DNA from: an uncultured bacterium
GTDB lineage: Bacteria; Krumholzibacteriota; Krumholzibacteriia; LZORAL124-64-63
NCBI GenBank assembly: GCA_963732385.1
Contig: CAVSZB010000003.1
Coordinates: forward strand, 192,001-256,000
Reading direction: 5' to 3'
Length of the DNA: 64,000 nucleotides
In this document: positions 8,710 through 18,658 of the stretch, piece after piece
Position numbering within the stretch: the stretch's first letter is position 1
Layout of the letters: each line of letters starts with the position of its first letter
Program-made: the position numbers and the translations under genes
Notes under the pieces: generated by a model
The model's input: only the letters and a program-made list of their open reading frames with translations
The model's database searches: none
What the model was told of the DNA's origin: nothing

Positions 8710-10362
8710 TCAGATGTCCAGTTCAGCCATCCGTTCCGCCGCCGCGCGGCCGGCCAGCATAGCCACGGCGAGCGCGCCAAGATTGACCACGACCGGCACC
8801 GCCCAGACCACGCCCGGCGGCAGATCCAGCGAAATGCAGCCCACCAGCACCACGGCGTTCACCGCCAGCAACGCGATTCCCGCCAGCAGGCCGAAAAGCA
8901 CGTTCAGATTCTGCTTAACCGCCTCGATGGTCTCTTTCCAGGCCAGCTTGGGGCGCGAGGCATCGATGGCCAGACCGAACGCGCCGGCCGCCGCCAGGGC
9001 CAGCTCGCCCGTGAACCAGGCGTAGAGCCACGGCCCGGGCGTCAGGCGCAACAGCAGGCCGGCCGCCGCCATCGTGGCCAGATGCGCCACCGAGGCGATC
9101 GTCAGGGCGCCGAGCCATTTGCCGAAAAACAGCGCGAACGGCTCCACCGGCAGAGACCGCTCGATCCAGAGCCGGCGGCCGTCCTTCGACCAGCTCGCCG
9201 AGAACAGCGATGACAGAGTGCCGAGGGCGGCCACGGCGAGCCCGAGACCGGCCGCCGCGACCGGGCGCAGCGCCGACTCCTGAGGGGCGGCGAACGCCCC
9301 CGCCAGTTCCCGCAGGCCGCCGCCGTCGGCGCCGCCGTGCCGGGTCAGCAACGACATCGTCACCCCGATCGGAACCGCCACGTAGCCGCCCAGCGCGTTC
9401 ATCGCCACCGCGGGGTCGCGCATGACGCAGGCGATCTCCTTGCGCGCGCAGGAGAGCAGGAACGCACGCGGTCGCGACGCTTCCGCACGCCCCCGTCCGC
9501 GCGCGCTGGCGCCCGCCCCCTCGAGCACGGGGCGCAGGTAGATACGTTCCGCCGCCAGCAGCACGACGCCGACCGCGACGGCCGGGGCGGCCAGCGCGAG
9601 CAGGAAATTCACGGCCGCCGTCGGCCCCGGCGCGGTCAGAGCGCGGATCGCGAAGAGGGAGCCGGGCAGTTGGCGACCGATCGACTCGAACTGGCGCATC
9701 TTGACCTGCACGAAATCCATGGCGTCGGTCACCGGCAGGCCCGGGTCGACGACCCGTCGCAGGACCAGCCAGGCGGCCAGCATGGCGGAGGTCAGCATCA
9801 GGTGCCAGAACCAGCGGTTACGCCCCAGTCCCGGGATGTTTCCCACCAGCAGCACCAGCAGCGTGCCGGCGCAGAGCGGGATCACCGGCATGGCCAGCGC
9901 CAGTGGTGCCGCCGCCAGCCAGCGCAGCGGTCCGGCCCCGGTGTGCGCGAGGTGCTGGAGGAGCGGCGGCAGGAAGAACGCCCCCCCGATGGCGAGTTCG
10001 ATCAGCCAGACCACCGCCAGCTTGGCCGCCACGATCTGCGTCGGGCGGTACGGCAGTGGCAGCAATATCGACAGATCCCGCGCGCGCAACAGCGTGGCGT
10101 GCGCGACGGTCACCGAGGTGAACAGGACCGTGATCTGGGCGAGCGCGTAGATCCCCGCCAGCAGCAGGTCCTGCAGCGGCAGTCCCTGCTGCTCCATCGC
10201 GGCGTAGGCGCCGCCGATTCCGACCGTGTAGGCGACCGCCAGCGGCGCCACGCCGAGCGTGATCACGCCGAGCGTGGCCAGCATCCGCCAGCGCCGGCGC
10301 GGCGACCGCAGAGCATTGAGATCGAAGTTGGCGATCAGCATGGTGCGCATCAGCGTGAGCAT
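8710..10362 (-). CDS. ABC-2-type exporter permease (550 aa)
   Basis: Many hydrophobic helices; DLSILLPLP and SWSKDGRRLWIERSLPV motifs typical of this permease family; directly downstream of an ABC ATPase. Confidence 0.85.
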   Translation of the reverse strand: MLTLMRTMLIANFDLNALRSPRRRWRMLATLGVITLGVAPLAVAYTVGIGGAYAAMEQQGLPLQDLLLAGIYALAQITVLFTSVTVAHATLLRARDLSILLPLPYRPTQIVAAKLAVVWLIELAIGGAFFLPPLLQHLAHTGAGPLRWLAAAPLALAMPVIPLCAGTLLVLLVGNIPGLGRNRWFWHLMLTSAMLAAWLVLRRVVDPGLPVTDAMDFVQVKMRQFESIGRQLPGSLFAIRALTAPGPTAAVNFLLALAAPAVAVGVVLLAAERIYLRPVLEGAGASARGRGRAEASRPRAFLLSCARKEIACVMRDPAVAMNALGGYVAVPIGVTMSLLTRHGGADGGGLRELAGAFAAPQESALRPVAAAGLGLAVAALGTLSSLFSASWSKDGRRLWIERSLPVEPFALFFGKWLGALTIASVAHLATMAAAGLLLRLTPGPWLYAWFTGELALAAAGAFGLAIDASRPKLAWKETIEAVKQNLNVLFGLLAGIALLAVNAVVLVGCISLDLPPGVVWAVPVVVNLGALAVAMLAGRAAAERMAELDI

Positions 10363-10372
10363 GGGAGTATCC

Positions 10373-11086
10373 TCACCGCTCGGTCCGCTCGAGGAAGAGA
10401 CTCTCCAGTGACTCGCCGGGGCGCGAGCGCAGCTCGTCGAGCGTTCCGCATGCGATCAACCGCCCGTTCACGATGATGCCCACCCGGTCGCACAGCTTTT
10501 CGGCCACTTCGAGGATGTGCGTGGAGAAGAAGACGGTGTTCCCGGCGTCGGCGTGCGTCCGCATCATGTTCTTGAGCGTGAACGCCGAGCGCGGGTCGAG
10601 CCCCACCAGCGGCTCGTCGAGGATCCAGATGCGCGGAGCGTGCACCAGCGCCGCCAGCAGCACGATCTTCTGCCGCATGCCGTGCGAGTACGACTCGATA
10701 AGGTCGCCCAACGCCGCGGTCAGTTCGAACGCGGCCGACAGCTCGGTCGTCCGCCGCGCCCGCTCCACCCGCGGCACGCGGTAGGCGTCGGCCACGAAGT
10801 TCACGAACTGCGCGCCAGTCAGTTTCTCGTATACGTCCGGGCCGTCGGGCACGTAGGCCAGCTGCCGCTTCGCGCGGATCGGCTCCCGCCGCACATCCAC
10901 GTGGTCGACCAGCACCGCCCCCGCGTCGGGCCGCAGCAATCCCGCGATCATCCTGATGGTGGTCGTCTTCCCGGCTCCGTTCGGCCCGAGGAACCCGAAG
11001 ATTTCCCCGTCCCGCACGGTGAGGTCGAGCCCCTCGACCGCCACCTTGTCCCCGAAACTCTTGCGCGCGCCCTGGATTTCGATCAT
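10373..11086 (-). CDS. ABC transporter ATP-binding protein
   Basis: Walker A GPNGAGKTT, signature YSHGMRQK, Walker B ILDEP, H-loop STH. Confidence 0.95.
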   Translation of the reverse strand: MIEIQGARKSFGDKVAVEGLDLTVRDGEIFGFLGPNGAGKTTTIRMIAGLLRPDAGAVLVDHVDVRREPIRAKRQLAYVPDGPDVYEKLTGAQFVNFVADAYRVPRVERARRTTELSAAFELTAALGDLIESYSHGMRQKIVLLAALVHAPRIWILDEPLVGLDPRSAFTLKNMMRTHADAGNTVFFSTHILEVAEKLCDRVGIIVNGRLIACGTLDELRSRPGESLESLFLERTER

Positions 11087-11275
11087 CGGCCCGCCTCTCG
11101 CGGCTGGGGAAAGAGGCCCAGTTTAGGGCTCCGCCTGCCGGAAGGCCAGAGTCCGGTGTCCGTGCCCCGCCATGCCGCATCGCGCCATCTCAGGAATTGC
11201 GAGTATTTTCTTGAGCGATATTTCCCCCCTGACAGACAATCCTCTGTGAGATCACCTGCCACGCGAGGAGAACCG

Positions 11276-12625
11276 ATGGCCGCGCTCGAAAGATTCCTTC
11301 AGGCCGTGAGCAACGTTGTCTGGGGGCCGCCGCTGCTGGTGCTCCTGTTCGGCACGCACCTCTATCTGACGTTCCGTCTGCGTTTCATGCAGCGCTACAT
11401 TTTCCGTGCGATCCGGCTCTCGTTCTCGCGGAGGCGCGAGGGGGAGGGAGACATCTCACAGTTCGGGGCGCTTACCACCGCGCTTGCCGCGACCATTGGC
11501 ACCGGGAACATCGTCGGAGTGGCCACCGCCATCGGCGCGGGCGGACCGGGCGCGGTGCTCTGGATGTGGCTGACCGGCGTGTTCGGCATCGCCACCAAGT
11601 ACGCCGAGGCGGTGCTGGCGGTGAAATTCCGGGTCCGCACGCCGCAGGGGACGATGGCCGGCGGACCGATGTACGCGCTGGAGCGGGGACTCGGCCTGCG
11701 CTGGCTGGCCGTGCTGTTCGCCGCCTTTACCGCGATCGCCGCCTTCGGGATCGGCTGCATGGTGCAGGCGAACTCGATCTCATCGCTCGCCCGGGAGACG
11801 TTCCGGGTCTCGCCCTGGCTCACCGGCGCAATCATGACCGCCTTCACGGCGGTGGTGATATTGGGCGGGATCAGGAGCATCGCCGCAGTCTGCGAACGGC
11901 TGGTGCCGTTCATGGCGGTGTTCTATGTGCTCGGCTGTGTCGTCCTGCTCGTCCTGCGCGCCGACACGCTGCCCGACAGCCTCGGTCTGATCGTGCGCGG
12001 CGCCTTCAATGGCCAGGCGGCCGTGGGCGGCTTCCTTGGCGCCGGCATGAAGGAGGCGGTGCGCTACGGCATCGCGCGCGGCCTTTTCTCCAACGAATCG
12101 GGTCTGGGCAGCGCGCCGATCGTCGCGGCCGCCGCGCAGACGCGCAATCCGGTGCGCCAGGCGCTCGTATCATCGACCGGCACGTTCTGGGACACCGTCG
12201 TCGTCTGCGCCCTGACGGGGCTCATGCTCGTCAACATGGGGGATTGGCGGCAGGGGCTGCAGGGGGCTGCCCTGACGAGCGCCGCCTTCGGAGAGATCCA
12301 CGCGTTCGGCCCGATGGTGCTGACGGTCGGGCTGCTGACCTTCGTCTTCTCGACGATCCTCGGCTGGTCGTACTACGGGGAGCGCGCCGCCGAGTACCTC
12401 TTCGGAACGCGCGCGATCCGTCCCTACAGGCTGGCCTGGGTGGCGGCTGTGATGGTGGGGTCGGTGGTCTCGCTGCCGGCCGTCTGGGCCTTCGCAGACA
12501 TCGCCAACGGCCTGATGGCCGTGCCCAACCTCGTGTCGTTGCTCCTGCTCTCGGGCGTCATCGTGGCCGAAACGAGGGAGCACCTCTGGAAGCAGCCGGC
12601 GGCCGGGACGCGCCGCGATATCTGA
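11276..12625 (+). CDS. alsT: Alanine/glycine:cation symporter (AGCS family)
   Basis: Motifs ALAATIGTGNIVGVATAI, GGPGAVLWMW, GGPMY, RGLFSNESGLGSAP. ATG at 11276 follows a GAGGAG RBS; the 10517 start in the ORF track is over-extended. Confidence 0.93.
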   Translation: MAALERFLQAVSNVVWGPPLLVLLFGTHLYLTFRLRFMQRYIFRAIRLSFSRRREGEGDISQFGALTTALAATIGTGNIVGVATAIGAGGPGAVLWMWLTGVFGIATKYAEAVLAVKFRVRTPQGTMAGGPMYALERGLGLRWLAVLFAAFTAIAAFGIGCMVQANSISSLARETFRVSPWLTGAIMTAFTAVVILGGIRSIAAVCERLVPFMAVFYVLGCVVLLVLRADTLPDSLGLIVRGAFNGQAAVGGFLGAGMKEAVRYGIARGLFSNESGLGSAPIVAAAAQTRNPVRQALVSSTGTFWDTVVVCALTGLMLVNMGDWRQGLQGAALTSAAFGEIHAFGPMVLTVGLLTFVFSTILGWSYYGERAAEYLFGTRAIRPYRLAWVAAVMVGSVVSLPAVWAFADIANGLMAVPNLVSLLLLSGVIVAETREHLWKQPAAGTRRDI

Positions 12626-12759
12626 GCCGGGCCGCGTCGGGTCGGCCCGGCGGCCGATGTTGCGCGCGGAGTCGCCTGCAAACGACGGCGGCCCGGCTGA
12701 AGCCGGGCCGCCGCCTGGAGGAGCGCGCGGTCACGCGCCTTCCACTACAGATTCCCTCA

Positions 12760-13854
12760 TCAGTCGGTCACGAACAGGTCCAGGTAAGTGTAGGACCCGG
12801 TCGGATCGTCCGACAACACAACGGTCGGATGGAAATCGCAGGTGTCGTCGAGGTCGCCCAGGTCGAGGCCCTTGATCGCCGCGTTGCGGGTGGTGGTGTC
12901 CCAGCTCGGATCGAAATTGAAGGTCAGACGCCACCAGCCGACCTTGGTCACGCCAGGAACCCAGTTGAACCCCGGGGTGGGCTTCTTCGGCGTTGTTGGC
13001 GGCTTGAAGTGCGCCAGATCCCAGTTGTAGCCGTAGATGACCTTGCCCGGCACGTTCAGCTCGGCCGAGTAGGCTCCGCTCGGACCGTCCACGCCGTAAA
13101 GCTCGTAGACGGCGCTGTTGTAGTACGTGGAGGCGATGTAGTCAGCATAGCCCGGCGCGAAGGTGTCCGGGATGAGGCCGGTCGGCACGTTCGAGATGTC
13201 AGCCGGCCAGTCCAGCTTCTCGATCCGGAAGCGGGCGCAGCTCGAATAGGCGGTCGCGGCGTCGGCCGGGATGAGCGTGCCCGTCGCGTTGCCGGTGGCC
13301 GGATCGGCCGGAGTGCCCCAGACCTCTTCGATGCCCTCGCCGAACAGGTAGTTCATCGCGTAGGCGTTCAGCGGCGCGGCCAGGCTGGCCTGATACGCCG
13401 CGAAGTCGGTCTTGAACAGCACGACTTCGGTACGGATGATGGAGTGCTCGGTCCAGATCTGGTGGGTCAGAGCGTCGGCCCAGTCGCTGTCGACCTCAAC
13501 GGGCGGGGCGCCGGCGCCGCTCGCCCAGTCGGCCTGCCAGATGTTACCGCTCTGCTGCAGGTAGTAGAGAACGTCGAGATAACTGTAGGTCGCGCCCCAG
13601 ACATCGCCGGCATCGCCCGGCATGCCGGTGCTCTCGAGCACGTTCAGACCCGTGAGGCCAACGCCCTCCGTGAAGAAAACCGGCAAAGACAGATTGTTGG
13701 CTCCGGCGGTGTTACCGCCCATCTTGGCCAACGACGCGCCGTCGGTGGCCGGCGCCAGAGGATCGCTGCGTTCGCAACCGGCCAGCAGCACCATGCCCAT
13801 GCATAAAGCCACGGTCAGGGCGGCCCAGCGCACTCGGTGGGAAGTGCCAGTCAT
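12760..13854 (-). CDS. Hypothetical lipoprotein A (364 aa)
   Basis: Signal peptide with lipobox LAGC; close paralogue of 15367..16458. Confidence 0.8.
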   Translation of the reverse strand: MTGTSHRVRWAALTVALCMGMVLLAGCERSDPLAPATDGASLAKMGGNTAGANNLSLPVFFTEGVGLTGLNVLESTGMPGDAGDVWGATYSYLDVLYYLQQSGNIWQADWASGAGAPPVEVDSDWADALTHQIWTEHSIIRTEVVLFKTDFAAYQASLAAPLNAYAMNYLFGEGIEEVWGTPADPATGNATGTLIPADAATAYSSCARFRIEKLDWPADISNVPTGLIPDTFAPGYADYIASTYYNSAVYELYGVDGPSGAYSAELNVPGKVIYGYNWDLAHFKPPTTPKKPTPGFNWVPGVTKVGWWRLTFNFDPSWDTTTRNAAIKGLDLGDLDDTCDFHPTVVLSDDPTGSYTYLDLFVTD

Positions 13855-14068
13855 CGTCTACCCCCTTGTGAAACAATGATGTCGAATCGCTAAGCTATCA
13901 TGGCCTGATCGTCCGAATCATCACCTCCGTATCCGCGAGGCTAAGACACAGCGATTTCGGTGGGCAGACGAGGATGCCGCTACACGAGTGACTGTTGGCG
14001 GGCCGCACTCGGCCTGGGTGCGTCCGAATCAACGTTGAGTTCCCTCAACCCCCTGAGGGAGCTTTTTG

Positions 14069-14098
14069 ATTGTGCAGCAGAACGGATTCAAAAGTCAA
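14069..14098 (-). promoter_or_regulatory. Sigma70-type promoter for lipoprotein A
   Basis: TTGACT-N18-CACAAT on the minus strand, conserved in position with the copy at 16683-16712. Confidence 0.55.
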
Positions 14099-14236
14099 CA
14101 TGAAAGTAATGAGATGTTTATTATTTCGGGCATGGGGCGTCGCGGTTCGTGCGGTGCCGCGAAACCGGAGGCGGAAACGAGCGCCGCCCGGAGCGGGGCT
14201 CCGGGCGGCGCGAACTCCCGGGGGTTCGGGTCTCGG

Positions 14237-15022
14237 TCAGGTGCGCACGATTTCACCGGTGCGCAAATTGAGCTGATAGGTCCAGCCACCCTCCACTTCG
14301 AGCTCGGCCGTGTCGCCGCCGGTGAAGCGCACGGTTACCGTAGCCCGCAGCTGCGCCGCGAGCTGGGTACGCTCAGCGTCCATGTAGCGGGCGGCGATCA
14401 TCTCCCAGGTCATCACGCCGGAGCACGGCAGCTCGCCGCTTTCGACCGGCTTCAGGTAGGCCACGTTCTGCACCTGGACCTGGCTCTCCAGTCGGAAGTG
14501 CCGCTGGTACTGGTACATGAGTGCAGTGAAGGAGCTCTGGCACGAGTCGCTGCAGGTGCCGTTGAATTTCAGCGAGTCAGCCAGCGCGTTCACGCCCTGC
14601 AGTTCGAACTGCGAGCGGTGCTGCACCTGGGCCTGGTAGCGGACCGTCGTGATCTCGCCCGCGGCCCGCAGCTGCGTCTGCAGTCGCACGGTCAGCAGGG
14701 GATCGTAGCTGGCCATGGTGTCGCCGGCGGCATTGATGAAGCGGATCTGGTAGTGATAGGTGAAACCGCCGATCGTGGTCTCTCCCTCGGTCGGAGGGGG
14801 GGCGGTCTTCGCGACCGTGGTCTCCACATTGAGCGTCGGCAGCACGGCCAGTGTGCCGCCGTTGTCGAGGGCCAGCGTGGAGGCGACCTGGGTCGCCAGA
14901 TCGTCGGCTTCATCCTGCGTCAGGGTAGCCGGAGAGGTGGCATCGTCGCTGCAGCCGGCGGCCAGGCTCAGAACGGTCAGCGCGGCGAGCGACAACATTG
15001 ATCTCATAACCCGGGAACTCAT
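14237..15022 (-). CDS. Hypothetical lipoprotein (261 aa)
   Basis: AAGGAGG RBS before ATG at 15022; MSSRVMRSMLSLAALTVLSLAAGC lipobox. Confidence 0.8.
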   Translation of the reverse strand: MSSRVMRSMLSLAALTVLSLAAGCSDDATSPATLTQDEADDLATQVASTLALDNGGTLAVLPTLNVETTVAKTAPPPTEGETTIGGFTYHYQIRFINAAGDTMASYDPLLTVRLQTQLRAAGEITTVRYQAQVQHRSQFELQGVNALADSLKFNGTCSDSCQSSFTALMYQYQRHFRLESQVQVQNVAYLKPVESGELPCSGVMTWEMIAARYMDAERTQLAAQLRATVTVRFTGGDTAELEVEGGWTYQLNLRTGEIVRT

Positions 15023-15291
15023 AACGGCCTCCTTGGGCATTCGGGCTCCTGCCTGGCGAGGAACTGGTGCCGGGGAATGCAAGGGGCGTTCCAGATTGAG
15101 AATAGTCTGCATGCCGGTTCAGGATAACCCGCTGTTGCCGGATGTGGCGTATCGCGGCCGGACGCCGGCAGACTGCTTTGGCAGGCTGAACCCAGGGGTG
15201 CGCCCGCCGACCCGATCCGACCGGAGTACCCGCGGCGTTGCTGCCCCCTCTTGGACTCCGCCGGTTTCGCTGCAGCGGAATCAAATGGGAA

Positions 15292-15319
15292 AGCGGCCCG
15301 GCCGAGTGGCCGGGCCGCT
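15292..15319 (-). terminator. Hairpin terminator after lipoprotein B
   Basis: AGCGGCCCGGCC-ACTC-GGCCGGGCCGCT followed by TTCCCATTT on the minus strand. Confidence 0.6.
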
Positions 15320-15366
15320 GTCTGCCGATTCGCGACGTTACGCGCCAGCCGCGAAAAATCTCTCTG

Positions 15367-16458
15367 TCAGTCGGCCACGAAGAGGTCCAGGTACGTGTAC
15401 GCGGCCGTGGGATCGTCCGTCGGCACGACAACCACCGGATGGAAGTCGCAGATGTCTTCGAGGTCGCCGGGATCCAGCGCCGTTATGGCGGCGTTGCGGG
15501 TCGTGGTGTCCCAGCTCGGATCCAGGTTGAAGGTCAGACGCCACCAGCCGACTTTGGTCACGCCGTTGACCCAGTCGAAACCGGCGGTGACCTTCGGCGC
15601 CACCGGCGGCTTGAAGTGCGCCAGATCCCAGTTGTAGCCGTAGATGACCTTGCCCGGCACGTTCAGCTCGGCCGAGTAGGCTGCGGTCGGTCCGTCCACG
15701 CCGTAGCGTTCGTAGACGCTGCTGTTGTAGAAGGTCGACGCGATGTAAGCGTCATAACCCGGCGCAAAGGTGTCCGGGATGATGCCGGTCGGCACGTTCG
15801 TGATGTCGGCCGGCCAGGCCAGCTTCTCGATCCTGAAGCGGGCGCAGCTCGAATACGCGGTCGCCGCGGTGGCCGGGATGACCGTGCCCATGGCGGGGTT
15901 GGCCGGGTCGGCGGGCGTGCCCCAGACCTCTTCGAGGCCGTCGCCGTACAGGTAGTTCATGGCATAACCGGTCAGCGGGGTGGCCTGGGCGGCCTGATAT
16001 GCCTCGAAGTCGGACTTGAACAGCACCACTTCGGTGCGGATGAGCGAATGCTGGTCCCAGGCCTGGTGGGTCAGGGCGTCGGCCCAGTCGCTGACGACCT
16101 CCACCGGCGGCGAACCGGCGCCGTTCACCCAGTCGGCCTGCCAGACGTTGACGGTCTGCTGCAGGTAATAGGTAACGTCGAGATAAGTGAAGGTCCCGGC
16201 CCAGATATCGCCGGCATCGCCCGGCAGGCCGGTGGCGATGGCCACGTTCGATCCGGTGAGGCCAATGCCTTCCGTGAAGAAGACCGGCGTGGACAGGTTG
16301 TTGCCGACCGTGGTCGTGGGCGCGGGCTTGGTCAGCGATGCGCCGTCGGCGCCGGGCGAAAGAGGATCGCTGCGTTCGCAACCGGCCAGAAACGCCATGC
16401 ACATGCAAGCGGCCACGGCCAAAGTGACCCAGCGCACTCGGTGGGAAGTGCTAGTCAT
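15367..16458 (-). CDS. Hypothetical lipoprotein B (363 aa), paralogue of 12760..13854
   Basis: Lipobox LAGC; shares blocks such as YSAELNVPGKVIYGYNWDLAHFKPP and GWWRLTFN. Confidence 0.8.
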   Translation of the reverse strand: MTSTSHRVRWVTLAVAACMCMAFLAGCERSDPLSPGADGASLTKPAPTTTVGNNLSTPVFFTEGIGLTGSNVAIATGLPGDAGDIWAGTFTYLDVTYYLQQTVNVWQADWVNGAGSPPVEVVSDWADALTHQAWDQHSLIRTEVVLFKSDFEAYQAAQATPLTGYAMNYLYGDGLEEVWGTPADPANPAMGTVIPATAATAYSSCARFRIEKLAWPADITNVPTGIIPDTFAPGYDAYIASTFYNSSVYERYGVDGPTAAYSAELNVPGKVIYGYNWDLAHFKPPVAPKVTAGFDWVNGVTKVGWWRLTFNLDPSWDTTTRNAAITALDPGDLEDICDFHPVVVVPTDDPTAAYTYLDLFVAD

Positions 16459-16682
16459 TGTCTACTCCCTATGTGACACAATTAATGATATAGAATCGCG
16501 AAGCAACCATGGCCTGACCGTACGAATCATCACCTCCGCATCCGCGAGGCAAAGACCCTACAACTTCAGCGGTCAGACGAGGATGCCGCGACACCAGAGA
16601 GTGCTGCTGGCGGGTCGCCAGGGCGAAGTGCGACCGGATCAACCGCGAGTTCCCTCAACCCCCCCTTGAGGGGCGCTTTTTG

Positions 16683-16712
16683 ATCATGCAATAGAATGGA
16701 GCTAATAGTCAA
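16683..16712 (-). promoter_or_regulatory. Sigma70-type promoter for lipoprotein B
   Basis: TTGACT-N18-CATGAT; hexamers are conserved with the other copy while the spacer has diverged. Confidence 0.55.
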
Positions 16713-16984
16713 TGGGAAAGTAACGAAGAGTCAACAATATTGGGCGTGGTGCGTCGGGGCAGGGTCGTCGCGGCCTTTAAGAAGCGGGTCTGGTAGCGAC
16801 AGGCGAAATCGCCGGTCGTGGTCTCTCCCTCGACTGAACCCAGGGGGTGCGCCCGGCGGCCCGTTCCGGCCGGAGTGCCCCCTGAGTCGCTCCCCTCCTC
16901 TTTGACACAGCCGGTTTTGCCTGATAGCCTTGTCTCGGCGGAGAGGGCCCCGGGCCGATCTCTGCATACCGGGGAGATCTGGTC

Positions 16985-17779
16985 TTGAAGTGGTTGCGCC
17001 TCGCCCTGCAAACCGCTGTCATGGCTGCCGCCGTCTTCGCTGGCGCGCGGTTCGCGATGGGCCGCTCCGTGGTTTCCGTGGAGACCTGGTGTCCCTTCGG
17101 CGGCCTGGAAACGGCCTGGTCGTTCGTCACGCACAGGCGCTTCTCCTGCGCTGCGGGTGAATTGAACCTGGCGCTTTTCCTGGGGTTGCTGATTCTCACT
17201 TTGCTGGCGCGCAAGGCCTTCTGCGGCTGGGTCTGTCCGGTCGGGGCGCTTTTCGAGTGGGAGGGACGGCTGGCGCGGCGCCTGTTCCACCGGCCCGGAT
17301 TCACCGGGCTTGTGCGGGTGCCTCCCCGCGTGGACCGGTGGCTGAAGGTCGTCCTGCGGCTCGTGGTTTTGGCCGTCGTGCTGGCCGCCACCTGGAAGAC
17401 CGGGGAGCTGGTCTTCCGCGGCTACGATCCCTATTACATCCTCTTCAGCGCCAATGGGCACGACGTGCAGGCCTGGAGCTACGCCATCCTGGGCGGCCTG
17501 CTGCTGCTGGCCCTGCTGTGGCCGATGGCGTGGTGCAAATACCTCTGCCCGCTCGGGGCGGCGATCTGGCCGTTCTCAGTGGCGGGTCGGCTGAGGCTGG
17601 CAAGGGTCGCCTCCGTCTGCACCGGCTGTGGCGCCTGCGACCGGGCCTGCCCGCAGGCGCTGGACGTTTCGGGTGTGGACGAGGTGCGGTCGGGGGAATG
17701 CACCTTGTGCTTCGAGTGCACGGCTGTCTGCCCGTCTGAGGAGGCGCTCGAACTGCGCTGGGCGGGGGTGAAGCGGTGA
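16985..17779 (+). CDS. Membrane 4Fe-4S binding protein (NapH/YccM-like)
   Basis: WCPFGGLE, FCGWVCPVG, WCKYLCPLG plus two CxxCxxCxxxCP ferredoxin motifs; transmembrane helices. Confidence 0.88.
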   Translation: MKWLRLALQTAVMAAAVFAGARFAMGRSVVSVETWCPFGGLETAWSFVTHRRFSCAAGELNLALFLGLLILTLLARKAFCGWVCPVGALFEWEGRLARRLFHRPGFTGLVRVPPRVDRWLKVVLRLVVLAVVLAATWKTGELVFRGYDPYYILFSANGHDVQAWSYAILGGLLLLALLWPMAWCKYLCPLGAAIWPFSVAGRLRLARVASVCTGCGACDRACPQALDVSGVDEVRSGECTLCFECTAVCPSEEALELRWAGVKR

Positions 17780-18183
17780 AGGCGCCGTTGTGGATCGTGC
17801 CGGCGCTGATCGTGGCGTGCACCGCGGCTGCCGCGGGGGGGGCGCGGCTGTTCGCGGCCCCGAGCGTCACCCGGGAATTCGCCGCGGCGGCGCAGGGAAC
17901 CGTGTCGCGGCGCGTTGTGTTCGTGGTGAGCGGCGTCAGGTGCGTCGACACGGCGGAGGGGGCCGCGCGGCAGCTTGCGGAAACACCGGGCGCGCTCTCC
18001 TTCGCGGCGTACGCATCGCGCGGGCGGGTGGAAGTGACCTACGACGCCGCCGTCACCGATGTCCCGGCTCTGATCGAGGCGATCGAGGGGCCCGCCTACG
18101 ACGAGGCCGCGCAGGAGTTCCGGTTCGGCGTCTACGTCGTGCGCGAAGTGGATGGCGCGCGGGTCGACCAGCCCTTTCCTTGA
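17776..18183 (+). CDS. Heavy-metal-associated (HMA-like) domain protein
   Basis: N-terminal hydrophobic segment; VVFVVSGVRCVDTA...VEVTYDAAVTDVPALIEAIE fits the HMA fold but has a single Cys. Confidence 0.65.
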   Translation: MKAPLWIVPALIVACTAAAAGGARLFAAPSVTREFAAAAQGTVSRRVVFVVSGVRCVDTAEGAARQLAETPGALSFAAYASRGRVEVTYDAAVTDVPALIEAIEGPAYDEAAQEFRFGVYVVREVDGARVDQPFP

Positions 18184-18259
18184 CAGCCTGCCGATCATTT
18201 TGACGGGCTGAAGATCATTCTGACCGCTTGCAGATCATCATCACAGGAGGCGGATTTCG

Positions 18260-18658
18260 ATGCGCATCAAGAACCTCGCCCTGATTCCCGGCATTCTCCT
18301 GCTCCTGGTCGCGACTTCGGCGCTGGCGGACGAGGCCCCCGCCAAAGACGCCGTGCCGGCCGCCGAAACCGCGATTTTCGCGGTGCCGGGCCTGACCGAC
18401 GCCGCGTTGGTCAAGGATCTGACGAAGGCGCTCGCGAAACACAAGGGGGTCGTCGCCGCGAAGGCGGACGCCGAAACCGGCAAGTTCCTCGTCACCTTCG
18501 AGCCGGGCAGGACCAGCCCCGAGGCGCTGACGCGAATCGTGGCGAAGGTGGCGCCGAAGGCGCATTTCGAAACTGTCCAGGCGGCCGATGGCAAGGCGGC
18601 CGGCGGTGATCCCTGTGGCGGGTGCCCGAGCAAGGCGACCTGCGGCGGGAAGAAGTAG
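18260..18658 (+). CDS. Exported HMA-like protein with Cys-rich tail
   Basis: Signal peptide; FAVPGL...LVTFEPGRTSPEAL HMA-like fold; C-terminal CGGCPSKATC; GGAGG RBS. Confidence 0.65.
   Translation: MRIKNLALIPGILLLLVATSALADEAPAKDAVPAAETAIFAVPGLTDAALVKDLTKALAKHKGVVAAKADAETGKFLVTFEPGRTSPEALTRIVAKVAPKAHFETVQAADGKAAGGDPCGGCPSKATCGGKK

Noticed and set aside
11090..11275. Glycine riboswitch upstream of the AGCS symporter
   Set aside because: Only scattered fragments (CTCAGG, CTCTG); the conserved GGAGA..CCGAAG cores and tandem aptamer layout are not evident.
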